From Chlamydiales bacterium (GTDB lineage Bacteria; Chlamydiota; Chlamydiia; Chlamydiales; JAAZZY01): DNA of 64,000 bases. This document shows positions 1 through 11,096 of the stretch, in pieces. The notes under the pieces are model-generated. The model did no database searches and was not told the DNA's origin. It was given only the letters and a program-made list of their open reading frames with translations. Made by a program: the position numbers and the translations under genes. The stretch lies in NCBI GenBank assembly GCA_965206695.1, contig CBDBKM010000011.1, positions 256,001 to 320,000 of the forward strand, read 5' to 3'. Positions within the stretch are counted from its first letter, which is position 1. Each line of letters starts with the position of its first letter.

Positions 1-1682
1 TTGAGCTCTTCAATATGATGGATTAAAGCACTATTGGTATTGATTATAAGCTTTTGCTTATTACCGTCAAATCCCGTATCCATTGCCATATTACTCATTC
101 GCATATAATCTCGCATACGTCTCATACTTTCATCTACTACGATAAAGGCAGGAATCTCTTTACTGGCTAAACTTTTAGCCTCTACCTCTATATTCTCTCG
201 CTTCAATAAAGTTCGAATAAGATCGGATAGCCTACCCGATTGAGTTTTACCATCAGCATCTAAAAGTGTATTTTCATTTTCGGTGTCGATAATAGCTTCA
301 TTGATTCCACCATCAATTCTTTGAAAGGTCATTGAACCTAGTTTACCCTCTAAAAAACTCATCATATGAGTATCTATGGAATTATTAGCGTGTAAAATTT
401 CTATTCCTTTATCATGATACATTCTAATTAACTGAGAACCTTTTTCAGAGCCTGTCGTATAAAAAATTTTGTCTTTATTTTTTTCTTTATTACGCTCTAC
501 ATATTCTTCAATCGTTGTCCATTCATTATCAAAGTTTTTCCAAATGAGGGAATCTTTAATACGATCATAGAATTTTTGATCCTGTAAAACACCCAATTTA
601 ATAATGACTTCAATATCTTCCCAGCATTTGATATACCGATCTTTATCATTTTTGTGTAATCCATTTAATCGATCTGAAACCTTTTTTGAAATATGGGAAG
701 ATAATTGCCTTACCGTTTTATCCACCTGAAGGGTACTTCTCGAAACGTTTAATGGTATATCAGGGCTATCAATACACCCTCTTAGCATTGTTAAATATTC
801 AGGAATAACATCCTTACAATTATCCGTGACAAAAACACGATTACAAAAGAGTTTGATATTACTTTTGTTAAAATCAAAATCTTTTTTTAGCTTTGGAAAA
901 TATAAAATCCCTTGAAGATGAAATGGATAATCCACATTTAAATGGATCCAAAATAAAGGTTCGGGTTCAAAAGGATAAAGATGCTTATAGAAATCAAGAT
1001 ATTCTTGTTCTGTGCATTCAGAAGCAGGTTTTAACCACAGAGGTTCTTGTTTATTAATCTGACTGTCATTAAGGAAAACCGGATAAGGCAAGTAAGCACA
1101 ATATCTTTCTAAAATTTCTCTTACTTTAACAGCCTCTAAGAAATCTTCACTCTCTTCATTTACATGTAATACAATCTCAGTTCCGCGATCTTTTCGTAAT
1201 CCTTTATCAATCGTATATTCTGTAGAACCATCCGATGCCCATAAAACAGATTCAACACCTTCTTGATAAGAAAGGGTGTTAATATCGACTGTTTTGGCAA
1301 CCATGTATGCGGAATAAAAGCCCAAGCCAAAATGACCGATCATGTGATCCTTTTCTTCTTCACCCTTATATTTTTCTAAAAATTCTTCCGCTCCTGAAAA
1401 AGCGACTTGGGCAATATAATTTTCGACTTCCTCTTTTGTCATACCAATTCCGGTATCCACAAATGTTAAAGTCTTAGCTTCTTTATCAATTTTAAGGTCG
1501 ATACGAAACTCATCATCTACACAATCATATTCCCCTCTATCTCTTAAGATTTTTATCTTATGAATGGCATCACAAGCATTGGAAACCAATTCTCTTATAA
1601 AAATATCTTTATCAGAATAGAGCCATCTTTTAATAATAGGTAAAATATTTTCTGAATGAATTTTTAATTTTCCGGTTGTCAT
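1..1682 (-). CDS. htpG: Chaperone HtpG (Hsp90); 3' end runs off the window
   Basis: Manual translation from the ATG at 1682: MTTGKLKIHSENILPIIKRWLYSDKDIFIRELVSNACDA, with later DTGIGMT, IGHFGLGFYS and PLNVSRS motifs. Absent from the ORF track because it is incomplete. Confidence 0.95.
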   Translation of the reverse strand, partial: MTTGKLKIHSENILPIIKRWLYSDKDIFIRELVSNACDAIHKIKILRDRGEYDCVDDEFRIDLKIDKEAKTLTFVDTGIGMTKEEVENYIAQVAFSGAEEFLEKYKGEEEKDHMIGHFGLGFYSAYMVAKTVDINTLSYQEGVESVLWASDGSTEYTIDKGLRKDRGTEIVLHVNEESEDFLEAVKVREILERYCAYLPYPVFLNDSQINKQEPLWLKPASECTEQEYLDFYKHLYPFEPEPLFWIHLNVDYPFHLQGILYFPKLKKDFDFNKSNIKLFCNRVFVTDNCKDVIPEYLTMLRGCIDSPDIPLNVSRSTLQVDKTVRQLSSHISKKVSDRLNGLHKNDKDRYIKCWEDIEVIIKLGVLQDQKFYDRIKDSLIWKNFDNEWTTIEEYVERNKEKNKDKIFYTTGSEKGSQLIRMYHDKGIEILHANNSIDTHMMSFLEGKLGSMTFQRIDGGINEAIIDTENENTLLDADGKTQSGRLSDLIRTLLKRENIEVEAKSLASKEIPAFIVVDESMRRMRDYMRMSNMAMDTGFDGNKQKLIINTNSALIHHIEEL

Positions 1683-1788
1683 AACTTTCCTTATATTTCC
1701 TTATAAATTTTTAAAAAATAATTTAAAAAAGATTAAAATAAATTAACTGTTATATTAATGGTTTATACAGCTTGTTTTTTTGAAAAAG

Positions 1789-1818
1789 AGTTTAAAGGGA
1801 TGAATAGTTTGCTGTCAA
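1789..1818 (-). promoter_or_regulatory. Possible sigma66/70-type promoter for htpG
   Basis: Minus strand TTGACA (1818-1813), 18-nt spacer, TAAACT (1794-1789). Confidence 0.35.
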
Positions 1819-1957
1819 GTAGAGTTAAACTTCAGATAAAGACATAATTTTATCAATACATCCCTTTGGAAAACCCTTTTTAATATCAACTTGAACTGAA
1901 ACGTTAGAAACAGTATATCTCAATTTTTTAACTAAAATCGTTTTAATTTAAATAGAT

Positions 1958-3256
1958 ATGGCATTTTTCTTACTCTATATTGAGTTTACTCTGAGCCTGA
2001 TAGCGATCATTGCATTTATTATAATTGGGCTATTTCTTACTGCCATGATTCTTTTTACAAAATCTCAATTGGTATCTCCTGAATTATGTAAGATTTTAAT
2101 TAATGATGATGACTCTCTTACTAAAGAGGTAAAGGGAGGTGGCACCCTTTTATCTGCCCTTATAGGAAATCATATATCTATTCCTTCTCCTTGCGGAGGG
2201 AAAGCTACCTGTAAACAATGTAAAGTTCAGGTGTTAGAAGGTGGTGGTGAAGTTTTAGAGACAGAGAAGTCCTCTTTTTCTAATAAAATGCTCCAAGCCG
2301 GTTGGCGCCTATCATGCCAATGTAAAGTAGCGCATGATTTGAAAATTCATATCCCTGAAAATTTATTAGGAGTTAAAGAATGGTCAGGTAAAGTCATCAG
2401 CAATGAAAACGTAGCTACTTTTATTAAAGAACTCGTTATTGAAGTCGAAGAAAAAATTCCCTATAGATCGGGGGGCTACCTTCAAATTCATACCCCCAAA
2501 TTTAAAACGAATACATCTGATTGGAAAGAAACCATCGAAGAAAAATATCATACAGATTGGGACAAGTATAACCTCTTTAATAGAGAGATGGATTTTAGTC
2601 ATTTACATGAAGCGGTTATTCGAGCCTACTCGATGGCTTCTTATCCGGCTGAAGAAAAATGTCTAAAGTTCAATATTCGAATCGCTACACCCCCGCCCAA
2701 TAAAGAAGGTCAAATTTCGGATAATATACCATGGGGTATCTGCTCATCCTATACATTTTCTTTAAAAGCAGGCGACTCCATTAAATTATCCGGGCCATAT
2801 GGGGAATCATTTATGATTAACGATGATAGAGAACTTGTTTTTCTTATTGGAGGTGCCGGATCCTCATTTGGTCGCAGCCATATTCTTCACTTATTCCATA
2901 CTGAACATACCTTAAGAAAAGTTAGCTTATGGTATGGCGCAAGATCTCTAAAAGAAAATATCTATCAAGAAGACTATGAACAGTTAGATCAAGAGAATAA
3001 AAACTTTACCTATTATCTTGTCTTATCAGAACCCCTTGAAGCTGATATTCAAGAAGGATGGCCTAAGAACGATCCAATAAAGACTAATTTTCTTTTCAAA
3101 GCATTTGAACAAGGTCAATTGAAGACAATGGAAGAACCCGAGGAATGTTTATATTTTATTTGTGGCCCCCCTTTACATAATCAAAGTGTGATGAAATTAC
3201 TTGATGATTATGGCGTTCCAATAGACAATATCATCCTTGATGATTTTGGAAGTTAA
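1958..3256 (+). CDS. nqrF: Na(+)-translocating NADH:quinone reductase subunit F
   Basis: N-terminal TM helix, 2Fe-2S motif CGGKATCKQC, RAYSMASYP, GGAG, YICGPP-like motif, C-terminal DDFG. Confidence 0.95.
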   Translation: MAFFLLYIEFTLSLIAIIAFIIIGLFLTAMILFTKSQLVSPELCKILINDDDSLTKEVKGGGTLLSALIGNHISIPSPCGGKATCKQCKVQVLEGGGEVLETEKSSFSNKMLQAGWRLSCQCKVAHDLKIHIPENLLGVKEWSGKVISNENVATFIKELVIEVEEKIPYRSGGYLQIHTPKFKTNTSDWKETIEEKYHTDWDKYNLFNREMDFSHLHEAVIRAYSMASYPAEEKCLKFNIRIATPPPNKEGQISDNIPWGICSSYTFSLKAGDSIKLSGPYGESFMINDDRELVFLIGGAGSSFGRSHILHLFHTEHTLRKVSLWYGARSLKENIYQEDYEQLDQENKNFTYYLVLSEPLEADIQEGWPKNDPIKTNFLFKAFEQGQLKTMEEPEECLYFICGPPLHNQSVMKLLDDYGVPIDNIILDDFGS

Positions 3257-3259
3257 TTT

Positions 3260-4894
3260 ATGCGTATTTTCTTAGCTCAACTCAATTATACTATTGGAGA
3301 TTTCTCTTCTAACGTTGAAAAAATCCTTTCTGCGATTCAGAAAGCCAAAGCATCTGACTGTGATCTAGTTGTCACATCAGAATTAGCTATCTGTGGTTAT
3401 CCACCTCATGATCTTCTTTTCTATCCGGATTTTATTAAAGAAATGGACTCAGCTCTTCAAACTCTTATCGACAAAACAAAAGATATCTCTTTAATGGTTG
3501 GATTAGCCAGAGAAAATACAGCCTCGGGCAAAGGCTTATTTAACAGTGTAGCTATTATATCAGATCAAAAACTTTTAGGCTATCTGGACAAGGCCCTCCT
3601 ACCTACTTATGATGTTTTCGATGAATGTCGATATTTTGAGCCTGCTTCAACCTCCTCTTTATGGAAAATAAATGGTTTAAATATTGCTGTCACCATTTGT
3701 GAAGATATTTGGCAACATAGCGACGAACTCATAGGCTTTTCCTATCATACCGATCCTGTTTATGAATTAGCTGCATTAAAACCGGATCTATTCATCAATC
3801 TCAGCTCCTCACCTTTTGACTTCAATAAACCGAATTTAAGAAAGTCTATTTGCGAAAAAGTCTCTATTACGACTAATTGTCCGGTTGTTCTTTGTAATCA
3901 AGTGGGAGGCAATGACAGTCTTATTTTCGATGGGTATAGCCTATATCTTGATGCTAATAAAAACATCTTCCATCAGGCTAAAGGATTTCAAGAAGATACT
4001 GTCATCATTGATACTAATGACTCAAACTCTTCTCCCGTTCCGGTGTTTGATCTCTATAAGGATCTCTATCAAGCTTTGGTTTTAGGTCTTCGTGATTACT
4101 TTCATAAGTCCGGATTTACTACCGCTTGTTTAGGTTTATCAGGTGGAATAGATTCCGCTCTCGTTGCCTGTATAGCTAAAGAGGCTTTGGGATCTGATAA
4201 TGTATTAGCAGTTTTGATGCCGTCACGTTATTCTTCTGAATCAAGTATAGCAGATGCTATGCAACTGGTTCATAATCTCGATATTCAACACTTACAACTT
4301 TCAATTGAATCTCCTTTTAAAGCCTACCTTGATCTTTTAAAACCTATTTTCGAAGGAGAAGAACCCGATTTTACAGAAGAAAATCTTCAAGCTAGAATTC
4401 GAGGTATGATTTTAATGGCAATTTCTAACAAATTAGGTCATATCAATTTAAGCACCGGCAATAAAAGTGAATTAGCCATGGGCTATTCTACCCTATACGG
4501 AGATTCCTGTGGGGGATTGGCTGTTATTAGCGATCTAGTTAAAAAACAAGTTTATCATCTCGCTAAATGGCTAAATCAAGATCAAGAGCTCATCCCTCAA
4601 AATATTCTATCCAAAGCTCCGTCAGCTGAATTAAGACCCAATCAAAAGGATACTGACTCTCTTCCTGAATATGATATAATCGACTTAATATTAGAAGATT
4701 ATATTGAAGGTCATCAGGATTGTCATTTCATATCCGAAAAACATCACTTTTCTTATGATCTGGTTAAGGAAATGGCCCTCAAAATTCATAAAGCCGAATA
4801 TAAAAGAAGGCAATATCCTCCGGGCTTAAGAGTCACTAAAAAGGCCTTTTCTATCGGTAGGCGCTTTCCAATTGTTCAAAAATGGGTATTTTAA
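3260..4894 (+). CDS. nadE: Glutamine-dependent NAD+ synthetase
   Basis: N-terminal nitrilase domain (ELAICGY, TICEDIW) and synthetase domain (GLSGGIDSA, ENLQARIRG, PSAEL). Confidence 0.95.
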   Translation: MRIFLAQLNYTIGDFSSNVEKILSAIQKAKASDCDLVVTSELAICGYPPHDLLFYPDFIKEMDSALQTLIDKTKDISLMVGLARENTASGKGLFNSVAIISDQKLLGYLDKALLPTYDVFDECRYFEPASTSSLWKINGLNIAVTICEDIWQHSDELIGFSYHTDPVYELAALKPDLFINLSSSPFDFNKPNLRKSICEKVSITTNCPVVLCNQVGGNDSLIFDGYSLYLDANKNIFHQAKGFQEDTVIIDTNDSNSSPVPVFDLYKDLYQALVLGLRDYFHKSGFTTACLGLSGGIDSALVACIAKEALGSDNVLAVLMPSRYSSESSIADAMQLVHNLDIQHLQLSIESPFKAYLDLLKPIFEGEEPDFTEENLQARIRGMILMAISNKLGHINLSTGNKSELAMGYSTLYGDSCGGLAVISDLVKKQVYHLAKWLNQDQELIPQNILSKAPSAELRPNQKDTDSLPEYDIIDLILEDYIEGHQDCHFISEKHHFSYDLVKEMALKIHKAEYKRRQYPPGLRVTKKAFSIGRRFPIVQKWVF

Positions 4895-4979
4895 CCTCTT
4901 TTGTGTTAATTGTTTAATTAACTAATATTACAATAAATACAAACAAATAACTCTTATCTATTTAATAGATAGTTTGATG

Positions 4980-5008
4980 TTGACTTTTTATTAAAAATAT
5001 AATAAAAT
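4980..5008 (+). promoter_or_regulatory. Sigma66/70-type promoter for the 5043 ORF
   Basis: TTGACT, 17 nt, TAAAAT. Confidence 0.5.
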
Positions 5009-5042
5009 ATTTATAACAAACAAAACTATTAGGATTCAATAT

Positions 5043-6272
5043 ATGATGCCTAGCCCCCCCCCGTTATCACGAGACAATCCTGCTTCAGAAACTAAATATG
5101 GAAATGAAAATAATGTTCCTGATGCTCCGGTTCCGGTAAATAGCACTACCCATCACCTTGGCATTCAACGCATCGATATTTCAGATCATTCTGCTTACGC
5201 GAGAGGCGAGAAGCTCACAATACAACACTTAAGGAAGACAACTTCTTCAGCATCTAATGTAAAAAATGCACAAAATGATCTTGCCGCACCTGATGCTTTA
5301 GTCTCCGATGGGATGATGGATGTAACATATTTTACGGATCCTCAACAAGATCGATTAGCTCGACAACCCTTACGGCACTCGTCCGGAAAAGATATTAAGT
5401 TAGGATTACAGGCCGGCAGAGACGGTGGTGACGCTGAGCAATACTGCGCAAAAGATTGGGAAAAACTGGCAAAAGCGCTAGAGGACATTGTGGCATTACT
5501 TATTCATATGTATGACCCTGTTAACCCTCAAACCGCTCTTGCCAATAATTCAAGCAAGCCTATTTTGGATAGAAAAGAGGCATGGGCAAAGCTTTTAGAC
5601 ACGAAAATGGCTCGATTTGCCATCATGAAAGATAAATATGGCGATCCTCAGTTAATGATCATTTTAATAAAAGATTATATAGTATTGGAAAATAAACCCT
5701 CCTGGAAAAGCAATCCCGAAGTGTTAAAATTTCCTCTTACCAATCCCATTTCAATTGTAGATAAAAATCGCAAAGCGAATCCATCTATAGATGAAACCGG
5801 AAGCTTATGCTTAAAAAAGGCTTATGATAATTATGAAGAAGCTCTGATAGAAGCAAGAAAAAATGCTGATGAGATTCTTCACAGTGATAGTAGAAAAGCC
5901 TATAAAGAAGGGCGGCCATTATCTTTCAATTCACCTATAGGTAGTAATCCGTCGAATAATAAGATACCTCCGATACGACCTAATCCGGTTAACCCTCCTC
6001 CAACACCTCCTGAAAGAGAACTTACACCTGTTCAGGTGCAACAGCAAGAAGAAATGCAACAGCATGTAAGTAAGTTGAACACGTTAAAATCCGAGTTTCG
6101 TGATCAATTTGATATTGATTATGATACTTATAGTGATTTAGTGACCGAAAATGAACTTCAAAAATTTTCGGAAAATGTTAGTCAAAGAACAGAAGCTCAC
6201 AATAAGGCGAGAGAGATCGACGAATTAGTAACTCGAGTAGCTATTCTAGCAGGTGAAATACAGAATCAATAA
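5043..6272 (+). CDS. Hypothetical protein, Pro-rich N-terminus and linker, helical C-terminus
   Basis: 409-aa ORF with a promoter upstream and no recognised family. It overlaps the convergent epmA stop by 7 bp. Confidence 0.75.
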   Translation: MMPSPPPLSRDNPASETKYGNENNVPDAPVPVNSTTHHLGIQRIDISDHSAYARGEKLTIQHLRKTTSSASNVKNAQNDLAAPDALVSDGMMDVTYFTDPQQDRLARQPLRHSSGKDIKLGLQAGRDGGDAEQYCAKDWEKLAKALEDIVALLIHMYDPVNPQTALANNSSKPILDRKEAWAKLLDTKMARFAIMKDKYGDPQLMIILIKDYIVLENKPSWKSNPEVLKFPLTNPISIVDKNRKANPSIDETGSLCLKKAYDNYEEALIEARKNADEILHSDSRKAYKEGRPLSFNSPIGSNPSNNKIPPIRPNPVNPPPTPPERELTPVQVQQQEEMQQHVSKLNTLKSEFRDQFDIDYDTYSDLVTENELQKFSENVSQRTEAHNKAREIDELVTRVAILAGEIQNQ

Positions 6273-7228
6273 AGGTCCGTTAAAACTCTCAAGCTTGTTT
6301 TCTGATGTCGTAATAACATTAAACGATCAAAACCTACAGCTACCCCACAACAATCCGGAATACCTACTTCATGAGCTTTTAAAAAAGCCTCATCCATTAA
6401 AAAAGCATCTTTAGACAAACGCTTTCTCTTTTGATTAGCTTTATTAAGACGAGCTTTTAATTCGTTCACATCTAATAACTCATGATAAGCATTCGCTAAC
6501 TCTATATTTTTATAATACAACTCAAAACGCATCGCAACAGCTTCTTCTTCGATATAGGCTGTTTGTGCTAATGCTGATTGAGTAGCCGGAAAATATGATA
6601 AAATAAGCAAGTGATCATGGCCTAAATGAGGCTCAATTTCATTGACAAAAATGATATTCAGAAGGTTATCTTTGTTTTCATGCTCTATACCCCGATAGGC
6701 CTTAATATTCTTCTTATGGATTTGATCCAATAAATCTTGACGGGAAGCTGTTACATAATCCAGACCGGTATATTTTATAAATGCCTGTCGATATGAAAGA
6801 GTAGAATAAGGAATAGAGCCTAAAAAAAGACGGGTAAAGTCAACAACTTCTTCCATCATATTTTCGAAGCTCATGCCAATACGATACCATTCAGCCATCA
6901 TGAATTCGCTCTGATGAAGATCACCTTCTTCATTATCGCGAAACACGTGAGACAATTGGTAGATATCCCCTACCCCATTAGCAAGAAGCTTCTTCATACC
7001 ATATTCAGGAGAAGAATGAAGGTACTGTTTTTTATTCGAAACTTTAGCCTCAATCAAATCAATATGTTCATCGATAGAGGCATAAGGAGTAAGAGCCGGG
7101 CAATCGACTTCCATTACATTTTTTTGATGGAAAAACTTTCTAACAATAAAGAGCATCTTCGCTCTATCTTGAATATAGGATATGGTCCCTTGTGTCTGTT
7201 GGAGGTTAAGAACTGACTCTGGAAGCAT
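6266..7228 (-). CDS. epmA: EF-P lysine aminoacylase (GenX/PoxA)
   Basis: Truncated class II LysRS-like protein: HSSPEYGMKKLL, EFMMAEWYR, RFELY, GVAVGFDRL. Adjacent to efp. Confidence 0.92.
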   Translation of the reverse strand: MLPESVLNLQQTQGTISYIQDRAKMLFIVRKFFHQKNVMEVDCPALTPYASIDEHIDLIEAKVSNKKQYLHSSPEYGMKKLLANGVGDIYQLSHVFRDNEEGDLHQSEFMMAEWYRIGMSFENMMEEVVDFTRLFLGSIPYSTLSYRQAFIKYTGLDYVTASRQDLLDQIHKKNIKAYRGIEHENKDNLLNIIFVNEIEPHLGHDHLLILSYFPATQSALAQTAYIEEEAVAMRFELYYKNIELANAYHELLDVNELKARLNKANQKRKRLSKDAFLMDEAFLKAHEVGIPDCCGVAVGFDRLMLLRHQKTSLRVLTDLY

Positions 7229-7778
7229 ATTCTCCTGTCCGAGTATCTATTTTAATAACCTCTCCTTCATTAACAAAAATAGGAACCTGTATCTTCGCTC
7301 CACTCTCAGTTACAGCAGGCTTCATCACCCTTCCTGAAGCTGTATCACCTTTAACACCGGGAGCCGTTTTAACAATCTGCATCTCCATAAAAATTGGAGG
7401 CTCAATTGAAACGGCAATACCTTTATAAAAGACAATATCATACAGTTTATCTTCCATTAGCCATTGTTTTGTGTCTTTAATAATTTCCAAAGGAATGGAT
7501 ACCTGTTCAAATGATGTATCATCCATAAAAATAACAGCATCTGCTTCTTTATATAACATACGCATTTGAGTTTCATTCACATCAGCCAGACCGAGCTTTT
7601 CTCCTGATTTAAATGTCTTTTCTATGACTCGAGACGTTTGAAGATTTTTTAATTTTGTTCGTGTAAAGGATTGACCTTTTCCCGGCTTTACAAACTGCAA
7701 AGAAACAACAAGAAAAGGTTGATTATCAATTTCTAATTTCATTCCTTGCTTTAGATCATTAGTTGAAACTTGAGCCAT
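7206..7778 (-). CDS. efp: Elongation factor P
   Basis: VKPGKG and PGVKGDTA motifs. Likely start is MAQVSTNDLK at 7778. Confidence 0.95.
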   Translation of the reverse strand: MAQVSTNDLKQGMKLEIDNQPFLVVSLQFVKPGKGQSFTRTKLKNLQTSRVIEKTFKSGEKLGLADVNETQMRMLYKEADAVIFMDDTSFEQVSIPLEIIKDTKQWLMEDKLYDIVFYKGIAVSIEPPIFMEMQIVKTAPGVKGDTASGRVMKPAVTESGAKIQVPIFVNEGEVIKIDTRTGEYASRVSS

Positions 7779-7847
7779 TAGATTTATTCCTATTGTAGTA
7801 CCGGTTTTATGGTCAATTATATGAATACAGGAGAACAAAAGTCTAGA

Positions 7848-10800
7848 TTAAAAAAGATTATGAGTTCTTCTCCTATCTAAAAAATTTTCCTTGAGAGCAT
7901 GAATAATTACTTTGTCAAAGTTCTTTATAGATATCGGTTTATCAATAACAATCTTTCTTGTGATATTAGATTTTCTTTGCCTTTGTTCAGCTATTAATAT
8001 CTTATTTTTAAATTTTAGAAAAATAATTTTATTATCCGCTGCATATAGTTTAATACGAGTCAAATGAAAAAGCCAAATAGCCGGTTTGGGAAGTGGGCCA
8101 AATCTATCTTTGATCTCTTCAAAAAGCTGATCGACTGTTTCTTTATTGAGAGCCTCACCTAAGCGCTGATAGATCTCCATTCTAAGCTCTGTTGCGTTGA
8201 TGTATTCTTCAGGCAATCCGGCATCTTGAGGAAATTCCATTTTTATTTCACAAATAACTTTAAGGGCTTTTCCCTGTAAAACCAGTATCGTTTGTTTTAG
8301 TAATTTGCAGTACAGATGAAAGCCTATAGAAGAAATATGCCCGGACTGTTCCACTCCAAGAATCTCGCCACCACCGCGGATTTCCAAATCTCTTAAAGCT
8401 ATCTTCATTCCTCCACCATAACCACCGGCCTCCAACAAAACGCCTAATCTTTTTTGCGCTACCTCAGTTACTGCGCGCCCTTTAGGGGTTAGAAAATAAG
8501 CATATGCCCGTTTATTCCATCTCCCGACCCTTCCTCTTAATTGATATAAGTCAGCCAAACCGAAACAGTCCGAGCGATCAATTAAGATAGTATTAGCATT
8601 GGGAATATCAATGCCATTCTCTACAATGGTAGTTGAAACTAAAATATCGGCTTCTCCACTTTTAAAAGAGCGGAAGACTTCATCTAACTCTTCACTAGAC
8701 ATGTGACCATGGCCTACAACAATCTTTGCATCAGGCACTAGCTTAGCTATCTTTTTAGCAAATGAAAAAATACCGGCTACCCTATTGTGAATAATAAAGG
8801 CCTGCCCATCGCGACTTAATTCTCTTAATAAAGCTCGTCTGATAAGATCGTCATCAGTTTCTACAATCATTGTTTTTATGGGCAGTCTATCCTGAGGAGG
8901 GGTATTGATGAGTGATAAATCTCTGGCCCCCATTAGAGACATGTATAACGTTCGAGGGATGGGGGTCGCACTTAAGGTTAAGGAATCAACACCTGTTTTC
9001 ATTTTTTTTAAATGTTCTTTGGCCTTTACTCCAAAACGTTGTTCCTCATCAATAATAATCAATCCCAAATTATGAAATGAAACGTCTTTGCTTATGATTC
9101 TATGCGTCCCAATAAGGATATCAACCTTTCCTTTTTTAAGATTTTCTCGTATTTTTCGGCCTTCTTTAGCAGAAATAAAACGTGACAGATGCGCGATCTC
9201 AATAGGGTAGTTTTCTAACCTGGCAAGGAAAGTTTCATAATGTTGCAGGGCTAATACTGTCGTAGGAACTAATAAAGCCACTTGCTTGCCACCTTCCATA
9301 ACAGCTTTGAAAGTAGCCCTTAGAGCCACTTCTGTTTTACCATATCCCACATCACCGCAAATCAGGCGATCCATGGGTTTAGGTGATTGCATATCTTGTT
9401 TTACCGAATTAATGGCTTCATTTTGATCGGGTGTCTCTTCGTAAGGAAACTCATTTTCAAATTGTATAAGCTCTTGTTGATCTTTTGGAAATTCAAAACC
9501 TTCAGATATTTTTCGCTTTGCATACAGCTCTAATAAATCCGATGCATAATCTAATATGGCTCTTTCTGTTTGTACTTTTGTCTTGGTCCACCGTTTTCCT
9601 CCTAGAGCATGTAACTTAGGCATTACATGTTTTGCCCCAACATACTTACTTAAAAGATGGAGATGCATAAAAGGGACAAAAAGCTTCGCTTGATCGGCAT
9701 ATTCAATTAATAAAAACTCTATCTTAATTCCATTATGATCTAGCTTCCGCTCAATGCCGATATATTTTCCAATTCCATGTTGAATATGAACAACATAATC
9801 ACCGGATAGTAAATCCATCCCTTTTATCGGAGTAGAATGATAGGTACTACGTTGCTTCTGTCTACGAATTTTGTATCTATGAGAAATCTCTGTATAGGGA
9901 ATAAGGGCGGTCTTAATATCATTTAAAACAATGCCGCTAGATAAATACCCTTGTTGAAATTCAGCTAGTTTCGGTAAGCTAACACCTGTATTTTTGAAAA
10001 GTTCTTTTAAGTGACTCTCTTCCGAGTCAAGCGAGCAAAGAAAGATCACTCGTTGTTCCGGATCTGAAAATTCGGGGAGAAGATTGATAATCGCTTCTTC
10101 TTGATTATGTTTTTTAATTACCTTACTAGACAAAAGCCTTTGATTTAGACGCCGGAAATCATGATCCCACAATATAAGGTTTGAAAAAGCCTGATGAGTG
10201 GGATCAATATTTTCTTCATTATCAATAAAAACAAGCTTTCTTAAAGGTTCGCAATAAGAAAAAAACTCATCTAAATGCAAAAAATGAGGTATGGGGGCAT
10301 CCGGTAATTTAGCTATATCGTTGTATTTTTTTCTAAGAAGATTCGGTCTATCTAAAATAACAAGCGAATCCGGGCCTAAAAAATCCAATATCGTCACTTG
10401 TTTTTCATCTTCTTGAAGCAGCTCCTGCTCTTTAGCCGGAAAAATTTGACATGACGGGAGCATTCCAATTGATTTCTGGCCTACCGGATCAAATTTTCGT
10501 ATGGACTCTATTTCTTCTGAAAAAAATTCAATTCTAAATGGTTCACAAGAAGAGACCGAAAAGATATCGATAAGTCCTCCTCTAACGGAAAACTCTCCTT
10601 TTTCAGTGACAATAGGCTTTCTCTCGTACCCCATCTTAACAAGGCTCTCAATAATACTTTCAAAATTTAATTCAATTCCGATTGATAAATTGAGGGTAAG
10701 ATCAATAATTTTTTTAGGTGGAAGAAGAGTCTGTAGAACCGACTGTACATCAGCTAAAATGATGCAAGGGTCTGAATTGGTTAACAAATCATACAGCAAT

Positions 10801-11096
10801 TCAAAACGCACACCTACAATATCAGGACTAGGGGGGATACCTTCAATAGGCAACGTCTCTAATGAAGGAAATTCTCTTACATTACCTTGATAAAAAAGAG
10901 GAAGGTCATCATATAAACGACTTTCTTTTGACATACTCGTAACAATTAAGATTTTCTTTTTCAGAATGGAGGCAGTATAAGCTGCCAATAAAGAAAATGG
11001 GGAGTCCCATAAACCTTCTATAAGTAAATTTTCTTTATCTACCAGATGTCTTTGAAAATTTTTAAGACAGGGACTTAATGTAAGAGAGTCTAGCAC
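7848..11096 (-). CDS. mfd: Transcription-repair coupling factor
   Basis: UvrB-like N-terminal region, CGDVGYGKTEVA, DEEQRFGV, QLRGRVGR, TRCF C-terminus. Confidence 0.97.
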   Translation of the reverse strand: MLDSLTLSPCLKNFQRHLVDKENLLIEGLWDSPFSLLAAYTASILKKKILIVTSMSKESRLYDDLPLFYQGNVREFPSLETLPIEGIPPSPDIVGVRFELLYDLLTNSDPCIILADVQSVLQTLLPPKKIIDLTLNLSIGIELNFESIIESLVKMGYERKPIVTEKGEFSVRGGLIDIFSVSSCEPFRIEFFSEEIESIRKFDPVGQKSIGMLPSCQIFPAKEQELLQEDEKQVTILDFLGPDSLVILDRPNLLRKKYNDIAKLPDAPIPHFLHLDEFFSYCEPLRKLVFIDNEENIDPTHQAFSNLILWDHDFRRLNQRLLSSKVIKKHNQEEAIINLLPEFSDPEQRVIFLCSLDSEESHLKELFKNTGVSLPKLAEFQQGYLSSGIVLNDIKTALIPYTEISHRYKIRRQKQRSTYHSTPIKGMDLLSGDYVVHIQHGIGKYIGIERKLDHNGIKIEFLLIEYADQAKLFVPFMHLHLLSKYVGAKHVMPKLHALGGKRWTKTKVQTERAILDYASDLLELYAKRKISEGFEFPKDQQELIQFENEFPYEETPDQNEAINSVKQDMQSPKPMDRLICGDVGYGKTEVALRATFKAVMEGGKQVALLVPTTVLALQHYETFLARLENYPIEIAHLSRFISAKEGRKIRENLKKGKVDILIGTHRIISKDVSFHNLGLIIIDEEQRFGVKAKEHLKKMKTGVDSLTLSATPIPRTLYMSLMGARDLSLINTPPQDRLPIKTMIVETDDDLIRRALLRELSRDGQAFIIHNRVAGIFSFAKKIAKLVPDAKIVVGHGHMSSEELDEVFRSFKSGEADILVSTTIVENGIDIPNANTILIDRSDCFGLADLYQLRGRVGRWNKRAYAYFLTPKGRAVTEVAQKRLGVLLEAGGYGGGMKIALRDLEIRGGGEILGVEQSGHISSIGFHLYCKLLKQTILVLQGKALKVICEIKMEFPQDAGLPEEYINATELRMEIYQRLGEALNKETVDQLFEEIKDRFGPLPKPAIWLFHLTRIKLYAADNKIIFLKFKNKILIAEQRQRKSNITRKIVIDKPISIKNFDKVIIHALKENFLDRRRTHNLF

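Noticed and set aside
1683..1957. CIRCE operator upstream of htpG
   Set aside because: No TTAGCACTC-N9-GAGTGCTAA-like inverted repeat was found.
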